The notes under the pieces were generated by a model that saw only the letters and a program-made list of their open reading frames with translations, had not been told where the DNA came from and did no database searches. DNA of 64,000 nt from Candidatus Sungiibacteriota bacterium (GTDB lineage: Bacteria > Patescibacteriota > Minisyncoccia > Sungbacterales > HO2-52-23): contig CP066690.1 in the NCBI GenBank assembly GCA_016432465.1, positions 590,823 to 654,822 of the forward strand. Direction: 5' to 3'. Of this stretch, positions 28,187 through 38,630 are shown piece after piece. The translations under genes were made by a program, and so were the position numbers. Position 1 is the stretch's first letter. Each line of letters begins with the position of its first letter.

Positions 28187-30316
28187 ATGCCCCGTGACTA
28201 TCCAATAGAAAGAACAAGAGATATAGGTATTATAGCTCATATAGATGCTGGGAAAACGACAGTCACCGAGCGCGTTTTGTTTTACACTGGCGTATCGCAT
28301 AAAATCGGCGAAGTGCATGAGGGAACAACTGTGATGGACTGGATGGAACAGGAGCGGGAACGGGGAATTACTATTACGGCCGCAGCCACCACTTGTTTTT
28401 GGACGCCGACCTATCTCACAACCAACAACCAACAACCAACAACCAACGACGAAAAAAATGAATACCGTATAAACATAATTGATACCCCGGGGCACATTGA
28501 TTTTACGGTGGAGGTTCAGCGCTCATTGCGAGTTTTGGACGGCGCCGTAGTGGTTTTTGACGGCGTGGCCGGAGTGGAGCCGCAATCAGAAACCGTCTGG
28601 CGGCAAGCCGATAAATTTCACGTGCCGCGCATTTGTTTTATCAACAAACTTGACCGCATGGGCGCATCTTTTGAAAAATCTCTTGCTTCAATTTATGAAC
28701 GGCTTACACCCAATGCCGTTGCCGTAACAATTCCGATTGGACACGAGCAAGAGCATGAGGGAGTGATTGATTTGATGCGTATGAGAGCAGTGCGTTTTTT
28801 GGGAGAGCACGGCGAGCAAATAGAGCTTTCCGATATTCCGGAAAATTTAAAATCTTCAGCCGAGGAATGGCGCCACAAAATGGTTGAGAAAATTTCCGAG
28901 TCGGACGAGGCGCTTACGGAAAAATATCTTGAGGGTAAGGAAATTTCCATAGAGGAATTGCGTCGGGCTCTACGTAAAGCAACTCTTGCATATAAACTCG
29001 TTCCGGTTTTCTGCGGCTCGGCCCTAAAAAATAAAGGAGTACAGCTTGTTCTGGACGGTGTTATTGATTATCTGCCTTCACCCCTTGATCTTCCTCCGGT
29101 AAAAGGCATCAATCCCAAAAGCGGCGCGGAAGAGTCACGTGAGGCCAAAGACGATGCCCCTTTTGCCGCGCTTGCTTTTAAACTTCAGTCCGATCCGTAT
29201 GTGGGACAGCTTACTTATTTTCGTGTTTATTCGGGAACGTTGAATGCCGGCTCTTATGTTTTAAATTCTGTGAAAGGAGAGCAAGAACGTGTGGGCAGAA
29301 TTTTGCGGATGCATGCCAACTCCCGCGAAGAGCTAAAAGAAATTAACGCCGGAAATATCGGCGCCATTGTTGGTTTGAAAAATACCCATACCGGAGATAC
29401 CCTCTGCGACCCCGAGCACCCTATTGTGCTGGAAAAAATTATTTTTCCGGAGCCGGTGGTGTCCCTTAAAATTGAACCTAAAACCAAAGCCGATCAGGAA
29501 AAAATGGGGATTGCTCTGCATCGTCTTGGTGAGGAAGACCCCACCTTCCGGATTAAGGGTGATCTGGAAACAGGAGAGACCATTATCTCCGGAATGGGCG
29601 AGCTGCATTTGGAAATTATCGTGGACAGAATGAAGCGTGAGTTTTCGGTTGCGGCCAATGTGGGCCGGCCGCAGGTTGCCTACAAGGAAACAATTAAAAA
29701 ACTGGCCACTGCCGAAGGGAAATATATTCGTCAGTCAGGAGGCCGCGGACAGTACGGACATGTATGGCTTCGGGTGGAGCCGCGGGAGCGCGGCAAGGGC
29801 TTTGAGTTTGTTGATGAAATTAAGGGTGGTATAATTCCCAAAGAGTTTATACCGGCAGTTGAGAAAGGAATTAAGGAAGCAATGGAAAAGGGAGTGCTGG
29901 CAGGATATCCGATGGTGGATATGGAGGTTGCTCTTTATGACGGTTCGTACCACGAAGTTGACTCTTCGGAAGCTGCTTTTAAAATCGCGGGGTCAATTGC
30001 TCTGCAGGAGGCATCTCGCAGAGCAGGGCTTGTGATGCTTGAGCCTATTATGAGAATAGAGGCCGTTCTGCCCGAACAATTTTTGGGAGAGGTGACGGGA
30101 GACTTAAATTCTAAGCGCGGCCGGATTGAGGAAATGTCAGAGCGGGGGCTTGGAATTAAAGTAATTGATGCCAAAGTTCCTTTATCCGAGATGTTTGGAT
30201 ATGTTACGACCCTGCGGTCGTTGACACAGGGAAGGGCCTCCTTCACAATGGAGTTTGATCATTATGAAGAAGTGCCGAACAATATAGCCCAATTGATTAT
30301 TGAAGGAAAAAAGTAA
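28187..30316 (+). CDS. fusA: Elongation factor G
   Basis: [33 protein letters not shown]. Confidence 0.98.
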   Translation: MPRDYPIERTRDIGIIAHIDAGKTTVTERVLFYTGVSHKIGEVHEGTTVMDWMEQERERGITITAAATTCFWTPTYLTTNNQQPTTNDEKNEYRINIIDTPGHIDFTVEVQRSLRVLDGAVVVFDGVAGVEPQSETVWRQADKFHVPRICFINKLDRMGASFEKSLASIYERLTPNAVAVTIPIGHEQEHEGVIDLMRMRAVRFLGEHGEQIELSDIPENLKSSAEEWRHKMVEKISESDEALTEKYLEGKEISIEELRRALRKATLAYKLVPVFCGSALKNKGVQLVLDGVIDYLPSPLDLPPVKGINPKSGAEESREAKDDAPFAALAFKLQSDPYVGQLTYFRVYSGTLNAGSYVLNSVKGEQERVGRILRMHANSREELKEINAGNIGAIVGLKNTHTGDTLCDPEHPIVLEKIIFPEPVVSLKIEPKTKADQEKMGIALHRLGEEDPTFRIKGDLETGETIISGMGELHLEIIVDRMKREFSVAANVGRPQVAYKETIKKLATAEGKYIRQSGGRGQYGHVWLRVEPRERGKGFEFVDEIKGGIIPKEFIPAVEKGIKEAMEKGVLAGYPMVDMEVALYDGSYHEVDSSEAAFKIAGSIALQEASRRAGLVMLEPIMRIEAVLPEQFLGEVTGDLNSKRGRIEEMSERGLGIKVIDAKVPLSEMFGYVTTLRSLTQGRASFTMEFDHYEEVPNNIAQLIIEGKK

Positions 30317-30317
30317 T

Positions 30318-30462
30318 TTCACAATGTCCCGACGATCGCTTTGCGATGTCGGGATCCCGACTTCCTTATTGATGAATATAAAACGGAGCGTCGGGAGAAT
30401 CTGACCACTATGAGGAGGTGCCGCAGAATATAGCGCAGTTAATTATTGAAGGAAAAAAATAG
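30318..30462 (+). pseudogene. Relic fusA 3' end interrupted by a 70-bp hairpin insert
   Basis: FTM-[30327-30396][21 protein letters not shown]. Confidence 0.87.
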
Positions 30463-30479
30463 GCGCCGTAGGGCGCCAG

Positions 30480-30731
30480 TTAGGACTTTTTTCTCCGACT
30501 TAAGGGGGAAGACATGTGGAGTGTGAACTTTACAACAATACGGGGTCTACCCCTAAGTGTTTCCCCCCGTTGTTTAAAGCGTATAGAAGCCGAAATATAC
30601 GGGTCCGCTTTTCTGATACGCTCGTTTAGCATGTCTAGTAGCACGTCTGTCGTAAGGTGGGGGGAGATTGAGTCGTTGATCAGTTCACGGATTTGTTTCA
30701 AGCTCAGAGTAGCATATGCGTTAATTTTCAT
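30480..30731 (-). CDS. Hypothetical protein
   Basis: ORF with SD-like GAGGGG. Start uncertain. Confidence 0.5.
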   Translation of the reverse strand: MKINAYATLSLKQIRELINDSISPHLTTDVLLDMLNERIRKADPYISASIRFKQRGETLRGRPRIVVKFTLHMSSPLSRRKKS

Positions 30732-30903
30732 GTAGTCACCCCTCATTTTGCACCACAACCATTAGTAGCAAAACCGGTAAATTTAGTCAAGTACGTTTAT
30801 GAATTTGGATAAAATCAAAAATTTATCAAGGCCTTGATAGCAGGTACTCTATAGAGTAAAATAAGAAGTATAATGCCCACTTTGATAGAAAAAAAATAAA
30901 TTT

Positions 30904-31317
30904 ATGGAGGGACAAGAAAAGATCCCAAAACTAACCAAAGAGGAACTCGCCCGAGATCCTAGGGAGGCTTTTAGAAACTTAGATGCGCATGAGATCTCCC
31001 TTGATTTGTCCAGATTGACCTTAATTGATAAAGGCGTGGAGGAAATCCACCGTTGGTATACAGCTGAGCTGGTAGAGCAAAAACTAGAAGATCCCGAGGG
31101 GTGGTTTAGAAGTCCGAAACACTTCGGTTTATACCACGAGCTTGTAGAAAGGTTAGTTAGGGATACTAAGATTCTTCAAAATGCAACAGGACGGGCTGTC
31201 TTGGAGGAGATGGTTGATAAAATACAAAAGCATGTGGGTGCATATATAGACCCTGTTTCTGCTGTTAACTTCCGGATATTTTTTAAGGAAGCAATAGAGT
31301 TTCTGGGACATAAATAG
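30904..31317 (+). CDS. Hypothetical protein
   Basis: 137-aa ORF filling the gap. Confidence 0.65.
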   Translation: MEGQEKIPKLTKEELARDPREAFRNLDAHEISLDLSRLTLIDKGVEEIHRWYTAELVEQKLEDPEGWFRSPKHFGLYHELVERLVRDTKILQNATGRAVLEEMVDKIQKHVGAYIDPVSAVNFRIFFKEAIEFLGHK

Positions 31318-31327
31318 GGTTTTTGAT

Positions 31328-31627
31328 ATGGATTTCTCTAAACTTAAAAACTTAGTAAAGCACAATGGGGATAAATTTGTATTTGTTGAAAATGGGGAGC
31401 CGGAGATGGTGATGATGTCGTTTAAGGAATACGAGAAACTTGCGACCAACGGCAAATATGAAGGGCTGTACCCAACAGATCACGGGTTTCGCCCCCACAA
31501 CGCTGAATTTGCCGACCTTGGGTTTGGGCATTTTAAGGAGACAGAGGTTGTGTTGCCCGGCGGAGGAGAAGGGGCGGGGCTGCCCGTTAGATTAGAAGAT
31601 ATTCGTCTTGAAGATTTGCCTATTTAG
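31328..31627 (+). CDS. Hypothetical protein with Phd/YefM-like N-terminus
   Basis: FVFVENGEPEMVMMSFKEYEKL, acidic tail. Confidence 0.65.
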   Translation: MDFSKLKNLVKHNGDKFVFVENGEPEMVMMSFKEYEKLATNGKYEGLYPTDHGFRPHNAEFADLGFGHFKETEVVLPGGGEGAGLPVRLEDIRLEDLPI

Positions 31628-31758
31628 CATCTTGACTAACCAATTACGTTAAGTTAGGATTAATTTTGTTATCAAAAACATTAAAGTAAGCGAATTTTTC
31701 AAGTTGCATGTCCTCGGGAAATGTAATTTGCGATATATACGCTAAATTTTAGACAAAT

Positions 31759-32952
31759 ATGGCAGAAAAATTTGAGCGAACCAAGCCGCATATAAACGTC
31801 GGAACCATTGGGCACGTTGACCATGGAAAGACGACCCTAACAGCGGCCATAACCAAAATCCTTAGTTTAAAAGGGCTTCCTTCACGCGTAGAGTCAGTGG
31901 ATCAGATTGACAATGCGCCCGAAGAAAAAGCGCGCGGAATTACTATTGCGCTTCATCACTCCGAGTACGAGACCGAGAAGAGGCACTACGCCCACATTGA
32001 CGCTCCGGGACACGCCGACTACATCAAAAATATGATTACTGGCGCAGCCCAGATGGATGGCGCGATTTTGGTTGTTTCCGCATCTGATGGCCCTATGCCG
32101 CAGACTCGGGAGCATATACTTCTGGCGCGGCAAGTCGGGGTACCGGCAGTTGTGGTGTTTTTGAATAAAGTGGATATGGTGGACGATCCGGAGCTAATTG
32201 ACTTAGTGGAAGCAGAAGTGCGGGAGCTCCTTAAAAAGTATGAATTTCCCGGAGACGAAATTCCCGTGATCCGGGGATCAGCCCTCAAGGCGCTTGACGC
32301 CAAATCTGTGGATGACGAATGGGCCAAGAAAATTTTGGAGCTTGTAGGAGCCCTTGATACTTATATTCCCGAACCCGTGCGCGATGTGGACAAGCCTTTC
32401 CTGATGCCTATTGAGGACGTTTTTTCCATTGAGGGCCGAGGTACGGTTGTAACCGGAAGGATTGAAAGAGGTAAAGTAAAACTAAACGATGAGGTTGGGG
32501 TTATTGGCCTTCGCGATACCCAAAAAACTATTGTTACGGGAATTGAGATGTTTAACAAGTCCCTTGATGAAGGAATGGCCGGGGACAATGCGGGTATCCT
32601 TCTACGCGGTCTTAAAAAAGAGGACGTGGAGCGTGGACAGGTAATTGCCAAGCCCGGGTCAGTAACGCCCCATACAGAATTTGAATCAGAGGTTTATATT
32701 CTGACCAAAGAAGAGGGTGGACGCCACACGCCGTTTTTCACCGGCTACAAGCCGCAGTTTTATATCCGCACCACTGATGTGACCGGCGATGTGACGCTTC
32801 CGCAGGGAACGGAAATGGTTATGCCCGGAGACACCATAAAGTTTACGGTAAAACTTATTGTTCCGGTTGCGCTTGAGGAAAAACAGAGGTTTGCAATCAG
32901 AGAGGGGGGTAAAACGGTCGGGGCAGGAGTGGTTACGAAAATTATGAAATAG
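31759..32952 (+). CDS. tuf: Elongation factor Tu
   Basis: [21 protein letters not shown]. Promoter TTGACT-17-TAGGAT at 31632-31660. Confidence 0.98.
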   Translation: MAEKFERTKPHINVGTIGHVDHGKTTLTAAITKILSLKGLPSRVESVDQIDNAPEEKARGITIALHHSEYETEKRHYAHIDAPGHADYIKNMITGAAQMDGAILVVSASDGPMPQTREHILLARQVGVPAVVVFLNKVDMVDDPELIDLVEAEVRELLKKYEFPGDEIPVIRGSALKALDAKSVDDEWAKKILELVGALDTYIPEPVRDVDKPFLMPIEDVFSIEGRGTVVTGRIERGKVKLNDEVGVIGLRDTQKTIVTGIEMFNKSLDEGMAGDNAGILLRGLKKEDVERGQVIAKPGSVTPHTEFESEVYILTKEEGGRHTPFFTGYKPQFYIRTTDVTGDVTLPQGTEMVMPGDTIKFTVKLIVPVALEEKQRFAIREGGKTVGAGVVTKIMK

Positions 32953-33017
32953 CTTATAGCTTATAGCTTATAGCTTATAGAGGCGACTAAAAGCTAAAAG
33001 CTAAAGTCTAAAAGCTA
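32950..33017. repeat. Heptamer tandem inverted repeat
   Basis: (CTTATAG)4-AGGCGA-(CTAAAAG)~4. Confidence 0.85.
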
Positions 33018-33027
33018 GTATGGTTCT

Positions 33028-33360
33028 TTGGCAGCAAAAAAAGAAGCAGAAATTAAGCCCAAACTGCGCATTAAAGTTCGAGCCTACGACTCGAAGATTA
33101 TTGATAATTCGGTCAAACAGATTGTGGATACGGCAGTACGAAACGGAGCGGAAGTGGTGGGGCCGGTGCCTTTGCCAACAGAAATGCATAAATATACTGT
33201 CAACCGCTCCAGTTTTGTCCACAAAAACGCCCGGGAACAATTTGAGATGCGGGTGCATAAGCGCCTGATTGATATTTTAAATCCAACCCCAAAAACTATT
33301 GATGCGCTGACAAATCTAAATCTGCCGGCGGGAGTAGATATAGAGATTAAAATGATGTGA
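33028..33360 (+). CDS. rpsJ: 30S ribosomal protein uS10
   Basis: [22 protein letters not shown]. Confidence 0.97.
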   Translation: MAAKKEAEIKPKLRIKVRAYDSKIIDNSVKQIVDTAVRNGAEVVGPVPLPTEMHKYTVNRSSFVHKNAREQFEMRVHKRLIDILNPTPKTIDALTNLNLPAGVDIEIKMM

Positions 33361-33525
33361 TTTAATTTCGGTGGAGCACTGAATTCTATTTCGTTTATAA
33401 CGCGAGATAGAATTGAGTGATTCAATCACTCATCGGTTGTCATTATGGTAATCAATATTTTTACATTTTAGGAAATAAAAACCCGCCGTGTTTTGCTACG
33501 CCGGGAAACCGGCTTTTTTGTTACC

Positions 33526-34158
33526 ATGAAATTCGTATTAGGAGAAAAATTAGGAATGAGTCAGATTTTTGATAAAGAAGGCAATGTCATTCCGGTGACG
33601 CTTGTTAAGGCAACACCAAATGTAGTTTTGCAAATAAAAACCAAGGAAAAAGACGGGTATGAAGCAATTCAGATTGGGGCAGGAGAGCGGAAAGCCAAAA
33701 ATATAAAAAAGCCGCAGAGGGGGCATTTTTCCGCCGGAGGCGGGTCCGCCTTTGGCGGAAAAAATTTGGGGAATTTTCGCTACGTGCGTGAGTTTAAGAC
33801 AGCAGACAAACCGGAACGAGGTCAAAAAATTGATGTATCAGTTTTTCAAGAGGGCGACAAGGTAAAAGTAAGCGGAATTTCCAAAGGAAAAGGGTTTCAG
33901 GGCGTGGTAAAACGTCACGGATTTCACGGGGCGCCCGCAACGCACGGCACCAAGCACGCCCATCGCCAGCCGGGGTCCATTGGCGCCACTTGGCCGCAAA
34001 GAGTGATAAAAGGAATGCGAATGGCAGGAAGAATGGGTGGCGATAGGGTGAGCGTGAGAAATTTAAAAATAGCGAAGGTGGATTTAGAGAATAATATATT
34101 AGCGATAAAAGGAGCAGTACCGGGGAGACGAGGGACGTTACTTGAGATTAGAGGATAG
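33526..34158 (+). CDS. rplC: 50S ribosomal protein uL3
   Basis: KLGMSQIF, SKGKGFQGVVKRH, KGMRMAGRMG. Confidence 0.97.
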   Translation: MKFVLGEKLGMSQIFDKEGNVIPVTLVKATPNVVLQIKTKEKDGYEAIQIGAGERKAKNIKKPQRGHFSAGGGSAFGGKNLGNFRYVREFKTADKPERGQKIDVSVFQEGDKVKVSGISKGKGFQGVVKRHGFHGAPATHGTKHAHRQPGSIGATWPQRVIKGMRMAGRMGGDRVSVRNLKIAKVDLENNILAIKGAVPGRRGTLLEIRG

Positions 34159-34159
34159 T

Positions 34160-34355
34160 GCGGGTTTTCTCGGAGATTTCTTTTGTAAACACGATTCGGT
34201 CGCTCCAGTGCCTAGGCCCTTCGGGCCGGCATCCCGGCAGCAAAGCTGCCTAGGGACGGCGACCTCACTAAGGGTCGGACGAAGTTTTCCGCCTTCGGCA
34301 GAAACCAAGCAACTCCGTCCTCCCATTGTTTCCAAAAGAAATCTCCGAGGCCCGC
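34160..34355 (+). repeat. Structured repeat family A copy 3
   Basis: CTCGGAGATTTCTTTTG/CAAAAGAAATCTCCGAG stem and the shared core. Confidence 0.8.
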
Positions 34356-34426
34356 GTGGAGATAATAATCTCCACCCATTAGAGAAGAGGGGTGGAATAT
34401 GAAAAGAGCGACCGCGAGGGTCGCAA

Positions 34427-34732
34427 CTACTGGCGGTTGCGAAACAAAATATGAAGTAGTCCTAAGACAATGCAAAATGGTCCTGTGAGGAATAAAAACC
34501 GTACTATCAGGATCGTGTGCCATTGGGGCCCTGTAATATCTTCAATGGTGACAGGTGAGAAGAATAGTCTCACAAACCAGGAACTAATTGACCAAACCAG
34601 AAGCAAGAACACCACACTTAGTACAAGGTTGAGATGTTTACCATGTCGCGAGCGCCAAAAAAATAGACCGCTTGCGCCTATCACGCCATAAACTGTACTT
34701 TCAAGCAAAATAGTCATAAAAAGTGGATCCAT
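34427..34732 (-). CDS. Hypothetical membrane protein inserted antisense in the S10 cluster
   Basis: GGAGG SD, three hydrophobic segments. Confidence 0.7.
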   Translation of the reverse strand: MDPLFMTILLESTVYGVIGASGLFFWRSRHGKHLNLVLSVVFLLLVWSISSWFVRLFFSPVTIEDITGPQWHTILIVRFLFLTGPFCIVLGLLHILFRNRQ

Positions 34733-34778
34733 CGCAACCTCCGGTTTAGGTGCTAAATCTATTGTATAGGATAATTGC

Positions 34779-35417
34779 ATGATTGTCAATCTCTACAACC
34801 AATCAGCCAAAAAAGTAGGAACGGTAGATTTACCCGAGGCAGTGTTTGGTTTGAAGTGGAATGCTGACTTGGTGCATCAGGTGGTGACTTCACAGGCCGC
34901 GAATCTGCGAAGTCCTGTTGCGCACGCCAAAGGCAGGAGCGAGGTTCGCGGCGGAGGAAGAAAGCCGTGGCGGCAGAAAGGTACGGGTAGAGCGCGGCAC
35001 GGGTCTATCCGATCCCCGCTTTGGAAAGGAGGCGGAGTGACCCACGGTCCGCTGACCGAGAAAAATTACAAAAAGAAAATCAACAAGAAAATGGCGCGGC
35101 GCGCCCTGTATACAGTACTTTCTGCCAAAGCGCGCGATAACGAAATTATAGTTCTTGACGACTTGAAGTTTAAAGAAGCCAAAACCAAATACGCCGCCCA
35201 AATGTTTGCAAAATTTGTAAAAGAAAAAGAGTTTAGCCGCATCACCAAGGGCCGCGGCGTGCTAATTGCGCTTCCGGAAAAAAATGAAATCCTGCGCCGT
35301 GCCATGCGCAATCTTCCTTATATAGAAATTGACGAGGCGCGAAATTTAAATGCGCATGAGGTTTTGCAGTATAAGTTTTTACTGCTGCCTCAAAAGACGC
35401 TTGAAGTGTTTACATAG
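34779..35417 (+). CDS. rplD: 50S ribosomal protein uL4
   Basis: RGGGRKPWRQKGTGRARHGS. Confidence 0.98.
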   Translation: MIVNLYNQSAKKVGTVDLPEAVFGLKWNADLVHQVVTSQAANLRSPVAHAKGRSEVRGGGRKPWRQKGTGRARHGSIRSPLWKGGGVTHGPLTEKNYKKKINKKMARRALYTVLSAKARDNEIIVLDDLKFKEAKTKYAAQMFAKFVKEKEFSRITKGRGVLIALPEKNEILRRAMRNLPYIEIDEARNLNAHEVLQYKFLLLPQKTLEVFT

Positions 35418-35420
35418 TCC

Positions 35421-35825
35421 ATGTCCATATTAAACAAAATTTTAAAAAAGAAAGAGTCAGAGAAGAAAGTTGTTGAAAAGGTTGAGAAAAAAGAAACCGT
35501 GATCACAGAAAAGAAACAAGTTTCTGAAAAGAGGCCGCTTCCTCAGGGAAAAATTGTTCTGGGAGTTCTTGTCGCCCCGCACATAACAGAAAAAAGTACG
35601 GCGTTATCAAAATATAACAAGTATATTTTTAAAGTGACGCTAAGGGCCAACAAAATTCTTACTAAACAGGCGGTGGAAGCAAAATATGGTGTTAGGGTTG
35701 AGAGCGTCCGAGTTTTAAACACGTCTGGCAAAGAACGAAGACGCGGCCGCATTATTGGACACAAGCCCGGATTTAAAAAGGCGGTAGTAACCTTGGCGGA
35801 GGGGTACAACATTGAACTTACATGA
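35421..35825 (+). CDS. rplW: 50S ribosomal protein uL23 with N-terminal extension
   Basis: PHITEKS, FKKAVVTL. Confidence 0.95.
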   Translation: MSILNKILKKKESEKKVVEKVEKKETVITEKKQVSEKRPLPQGKIVLGVLVAPHITEKSTALSKYNKYIFKVTLRANKILTKQAVEAKYGVRVESVRVLNTSGKERRRGRIIGHKPGFKKAVVTLAEGYNIELT

Positions 35826-36652
35826 AAAAGTTTAAACCAACATCACCAGCGCGGCGCCAGATGGAGATCGTTGACCTGAAAAGTATTGTTGCTAAAACCA
35901 AACCCGAGAGGCAGTTAACCTGGGGTCGGAAACGTCATGTCGGCCGCAACGCTTTTGGCCGTATAACCACTCGCCACAAAGGCGGTGGAGTAAAAAGGTT
36001 ATGGCGTGAGATTGATTTTCGCTACAATAAAAAGGATATTCCTGCAAAAGTAATGTCCTTAGAGTACGATCCCAACCGCACCAGTTTTATTGCCCTTCTT
36101 CAATACCGGGATGGAGAGAAAAGATATGTTCTTGCGCCGCAGCAATTAAGGGTTGGGGTTGAGGTCGTTACATCAGAAAATGCGCCCCTAGAGGTGGGTA
36201 ATCGCCTGCCTTTGAAGAAGATTCCTGTAGGAACAATGGTGTATAATGTAGAGCTTAGTCCGGGCCGGGGCGCGCAATTAGTGCGTTCCGCCGGCGTTGG
36301 AGCAATAGTGCTCGCACAAGAAGGAAGATTTACTAATATCCAGTTGCCTTCCAAAGAGGTTCGTATGGTGCTTTCGGAAAATTGGGCATCCATTGGCGCG
36401 CTTTCCAACCCAGAACATGGTTTTATGACCATTGGTAAAGCGGGTCGGGCGCGGAGGCTTGGCATCAGACCAACGGTACGAGGTACGGCCATGAATCCGG
36501 TAGATCACCCGCATGGCGGCGGCGAAGGGCGCACACTTCTGGGACGAAGACGGGGCCCTTCCACGCCTTGGGGCAAACCGGCGCGCGGCGTGAAAACAAG
36601 GAAGAGAAATAAAAGGTCGGATAAATATATTTTATCCCGACGCCCCATTTAA
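35822..36652 (+). CDS. rplB: 50S ribosomal protein uL2
   Basis: EYDPNRT, MNPVDHPHGGGEG. Confidence 0.98.
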   Translation: MKKFKPTSPARRQMEIVDLKSIVAKTKPERQLTWGRKRHVGRNAFGRITTRHKGGGVKRLWREIDFRYNKKDIPAKVMSLEYDPNRTSFIALLQYRDGEKRYVLAPQQLRVGVEVVTSENAPLEVGNRLPLKKIPVGTMVYNVELSPGRGAQLVRSAGVGAIVLAQEGRFTNIQLPSKEVRMVLSENWASIGALSNPEHGFMTIGKAGRARRLGIRPTVRGTAMNPVDHPHGGGEGRTLLGRRRGPSTPWGKPARGVKTRKRNKRSDKYILSRRPI

Positions 36653-36726
36653 TTAGCTTAGTTAAGGAAGTCAGGACCCCGATCGCCGACTTTCGGCGCA
36701 TCGGGACAGCTAAGAAATAAATAAAC

Positions 36727-37059
36727 ATGGCGCGCAGTCTTAAAAAAGGTCCCTACGTTCATCCCTCAATATTAAAACACATGTCCCGTATAAGAACGGG
36801 GTCAAAGACCGTGATTAAAACTTGGTCTCGGGATTCTACCATTACGCCGGAGATGATTGGTTATACTTTCGGCGTGCATAACGGAAGGAATTTTATAGAG
36901 ATCAAGGTTATGGAAGATATGGTGGGACATAAACTGGGTGAATTTGCGCCAACGCGTAAATTTGTACGACATGGCGGCAGGATGCAGCGCGAGCTTGAGC
37001 AGAAAACAGAAGGGGCGGCCAAAGAAAAAGAGTCTGCGCCCAAACCAGCCGCTAAATAA
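36727..37059 (+). CDS. rpsS: 30S ribosomal protein uS19
   Basis: [18 protein letters not shown]. Confidence 0.98.
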   Translation: MARSLKKGPYVHPSILKHMSRIRTGSKTVIKTWSRDSTITPEMIGYTFGVHNGRNFIEIKVMEDMVGHKLGEFAPTRKFVRHGGRMQRELEQKTEGAAKEKESAPKPAAK

Positions 37060-37068
37060 TTTTTACTT

Positions 37069-37581
37069 ATGGAAGTGCGAGCAGAACTTAATTATCTTCA
37101 TATCGCGCCCCGAAAAGTTCGGCTTCTGGCCCGCTTAATTAAAGGCATGGATACAGGACGGGCAGAGTTGGAACTGCGTAATCTGTCCAAGCGAGCCGCG
37201 GGGCCGCTGTTAAAGCTTTTAAAATCAGCCATAGCCAACGCTGCTAATAATTTTCATCTGGAAGAGAAGGGACTTTATATAAAAGATGTCATTGTAAATC
37301 CGGGGCCAGTAGCAAAACGCCAAATGCCCCGTGCTTTGGGCAGGGCCGCGCCAATACGCAAACGCACCAGTCATGTATTACTGGTGTTGGACACCAGAGT
37401 AGCCGTTGCCCCGATAAAGAGACGCATAAAAAAAGAAGGACCCGAGGTGCGCGAAGCAACCCGCGAAGATTTAAAAGAGGGGGCATCTCCAAAATCCAAG
37501 GAGTTTAAACGTGAAGAGAAAAAAACGTATACTAAAACCACTGATTTTGTAAGAAGAGTTTTTAGGAGAAAAGCAATATGA
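37069..37581 (+). CDS. rplV: 50S ribosomal protein uL22 with C-terminal extension
   Basis: IAPRKVR, SAIANA, IRKRTSH. Confidence 0.97.
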   Translation: MEVRAELNYLHIAPRKVRLLARLIKGMDTGRAELELRNLSKRAAGPLLKLLKSAIANAANNFHLEEKGLYIKDVIVNPGPVAKRQMPRALGRAAPIRKRTSHVLLVLDTRVAVAPIKRRIKKEGPEVREATREDLKEGASPKSKEFKREEKKTYTKTTDFVRRVFRRKAI

Positions 37582-38264
37582 CCCACAGAGTTCATCCATA
37601 CATTTTTAGACTAGGGCAAATAACCGTTTGGAAATCACGGTGGTTTAACCAAAAAAAATTTCAGGAGTATCTAAGAGAAGACACGCTTCTTAGGGCGTGG
37701 CTGGAGCGTCACCTGCGTCAAAGCCATATTGAGTCTATAGAAGTTGAGCGTTCGCCCAATACCCTGCATATTATTGTTAAAACCTCGCGTCCCGGAATCT
37801 TAATAGGACGTGGGGGGGAGGGGGCGGAGAGGTTGAAAGATGAAATAAAGAAACGTATTATAAAAATTTGGAAACAGCGTGGCAAGCTGCCGGACAAACG
37901 CGAAATTAAACTCACTATAGAAGAGGTACGTTTTCCGGAAACCCACGCTGCGATCGCGGCCCAAATGATTGTTGAAGACATTGAGAGGCGAATATCGTTT
38001 CGCCGCGCCCTGAAGCAAGCCATTGAAAAAATCTCTGCATCCAAAGACGTGAAGGGCGTAAAGATAGCGTTAAAAGGCCGTCTTGACGGGGCGGAGATGG
38101 CACGTTACGAGTGGTTAAAAAGGGGCCGAATCCCCCTGCAGACACTGCGCGCCAATGTTGATTATGCGGAAAAGCGGGCCGAAACTACTTATGGGACTAT
38201 TGGGGTGAAGGTTTGGATTTATAAAGGAGATGTTTTTGAGAAAAAGGAAAGTAAAAAAACATGA
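37578..38264 (+). CDS. rpsC: 30S ribosomal protein uS3
   Basis: RPGILIGRGG, GRLDGAEMAR, PLQTLRA. Confidence 0.98.
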   Translation: MTHRVHPYIFRLGQITVWKSRWFNQKKFQEYLREDTLLRAWLERHLRQSHIESIEVERSPNTLHIIVKTSRPGILIGRGGEGAERLKDEIKKRIIKIWKQRGKLPDKREIKLTIEEVRFPETHAAIAAQMIVEDIERRISFRRALKQAIEKISASKDVKGVKIALKGRLDGAEMARYEWLKRGRIPLQTLRANVDYAEKRAETTYGTIGVKVWIYKGDVFEKKESKKT

Positions 38265-38524
38265 GAACCATAACCAAGAAAACTTGGCCGGAGTATTTTA
38301 AAAAAGTACGGGCGCGAAAAAAGAACGTTGAACTTAGGCTTGCCGACTTCAAAATTTCTAAAGGCGATATATTACTGCTTCAGGAGTGGGACCCAAAGAA
38401 GAAGATTTTTACCGGAAGGAGTGTAAAAAGAAGAGTGGCGGCCGTACATAAGGTCAATATGGCCAAGTTCCATTCGCAAAAAAAGCTAACAAAATACGGT
38501 CTATACGCTATTGAGATGAAATAA
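38261..38524 (+). CDS. ASCH/DUF3850-like protein
   Basis: KKTWPEYF...KKNVELRLADF...GDILLLQEWDP...TGR. Confidence 0.8.
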   Translation: MRTITKKTWPEYFKKVRARKKNVELRLADFKISKGDILLLQEWDPKKKIFTGRSVKRRVAAVHKVNMAKFHSQKKLTKYGLYAIEMK

Positions 38525-38525
38525 A

Positions 38526-38630
38526 TCCCCCCACCTTCCCAGCGGGGTATTGGACCCCGCTGGGAAGGATTTCTACGGCGCCCATTCATCCCCGCAGCAA
38601 GCTGCGGAGTATTCTGGGAAGGTGGGGGGA
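38526..38630. mobile_element. 105-bp MITE-like element with TAAA target duplication
   Basis: TIR TCCCCCCACCTTCCCAG/CTGGGAAGGTGGGGGGA, TAAA on both sides. Confidence 0.8.

Noticed and set aside
27817-30462. Relic gene ends as DGR template/variable repeats
   Set aside because: Differences are not adenine-specific (C/T and G/T changes occur), are codon-position biased, and no reverse transcriptase is present.
33361-33525. Hairpins between rpsJ and rplC as an r-protein leader
   Set aside because: Hairpins are present but match no motif I can recognise; insufficient support.
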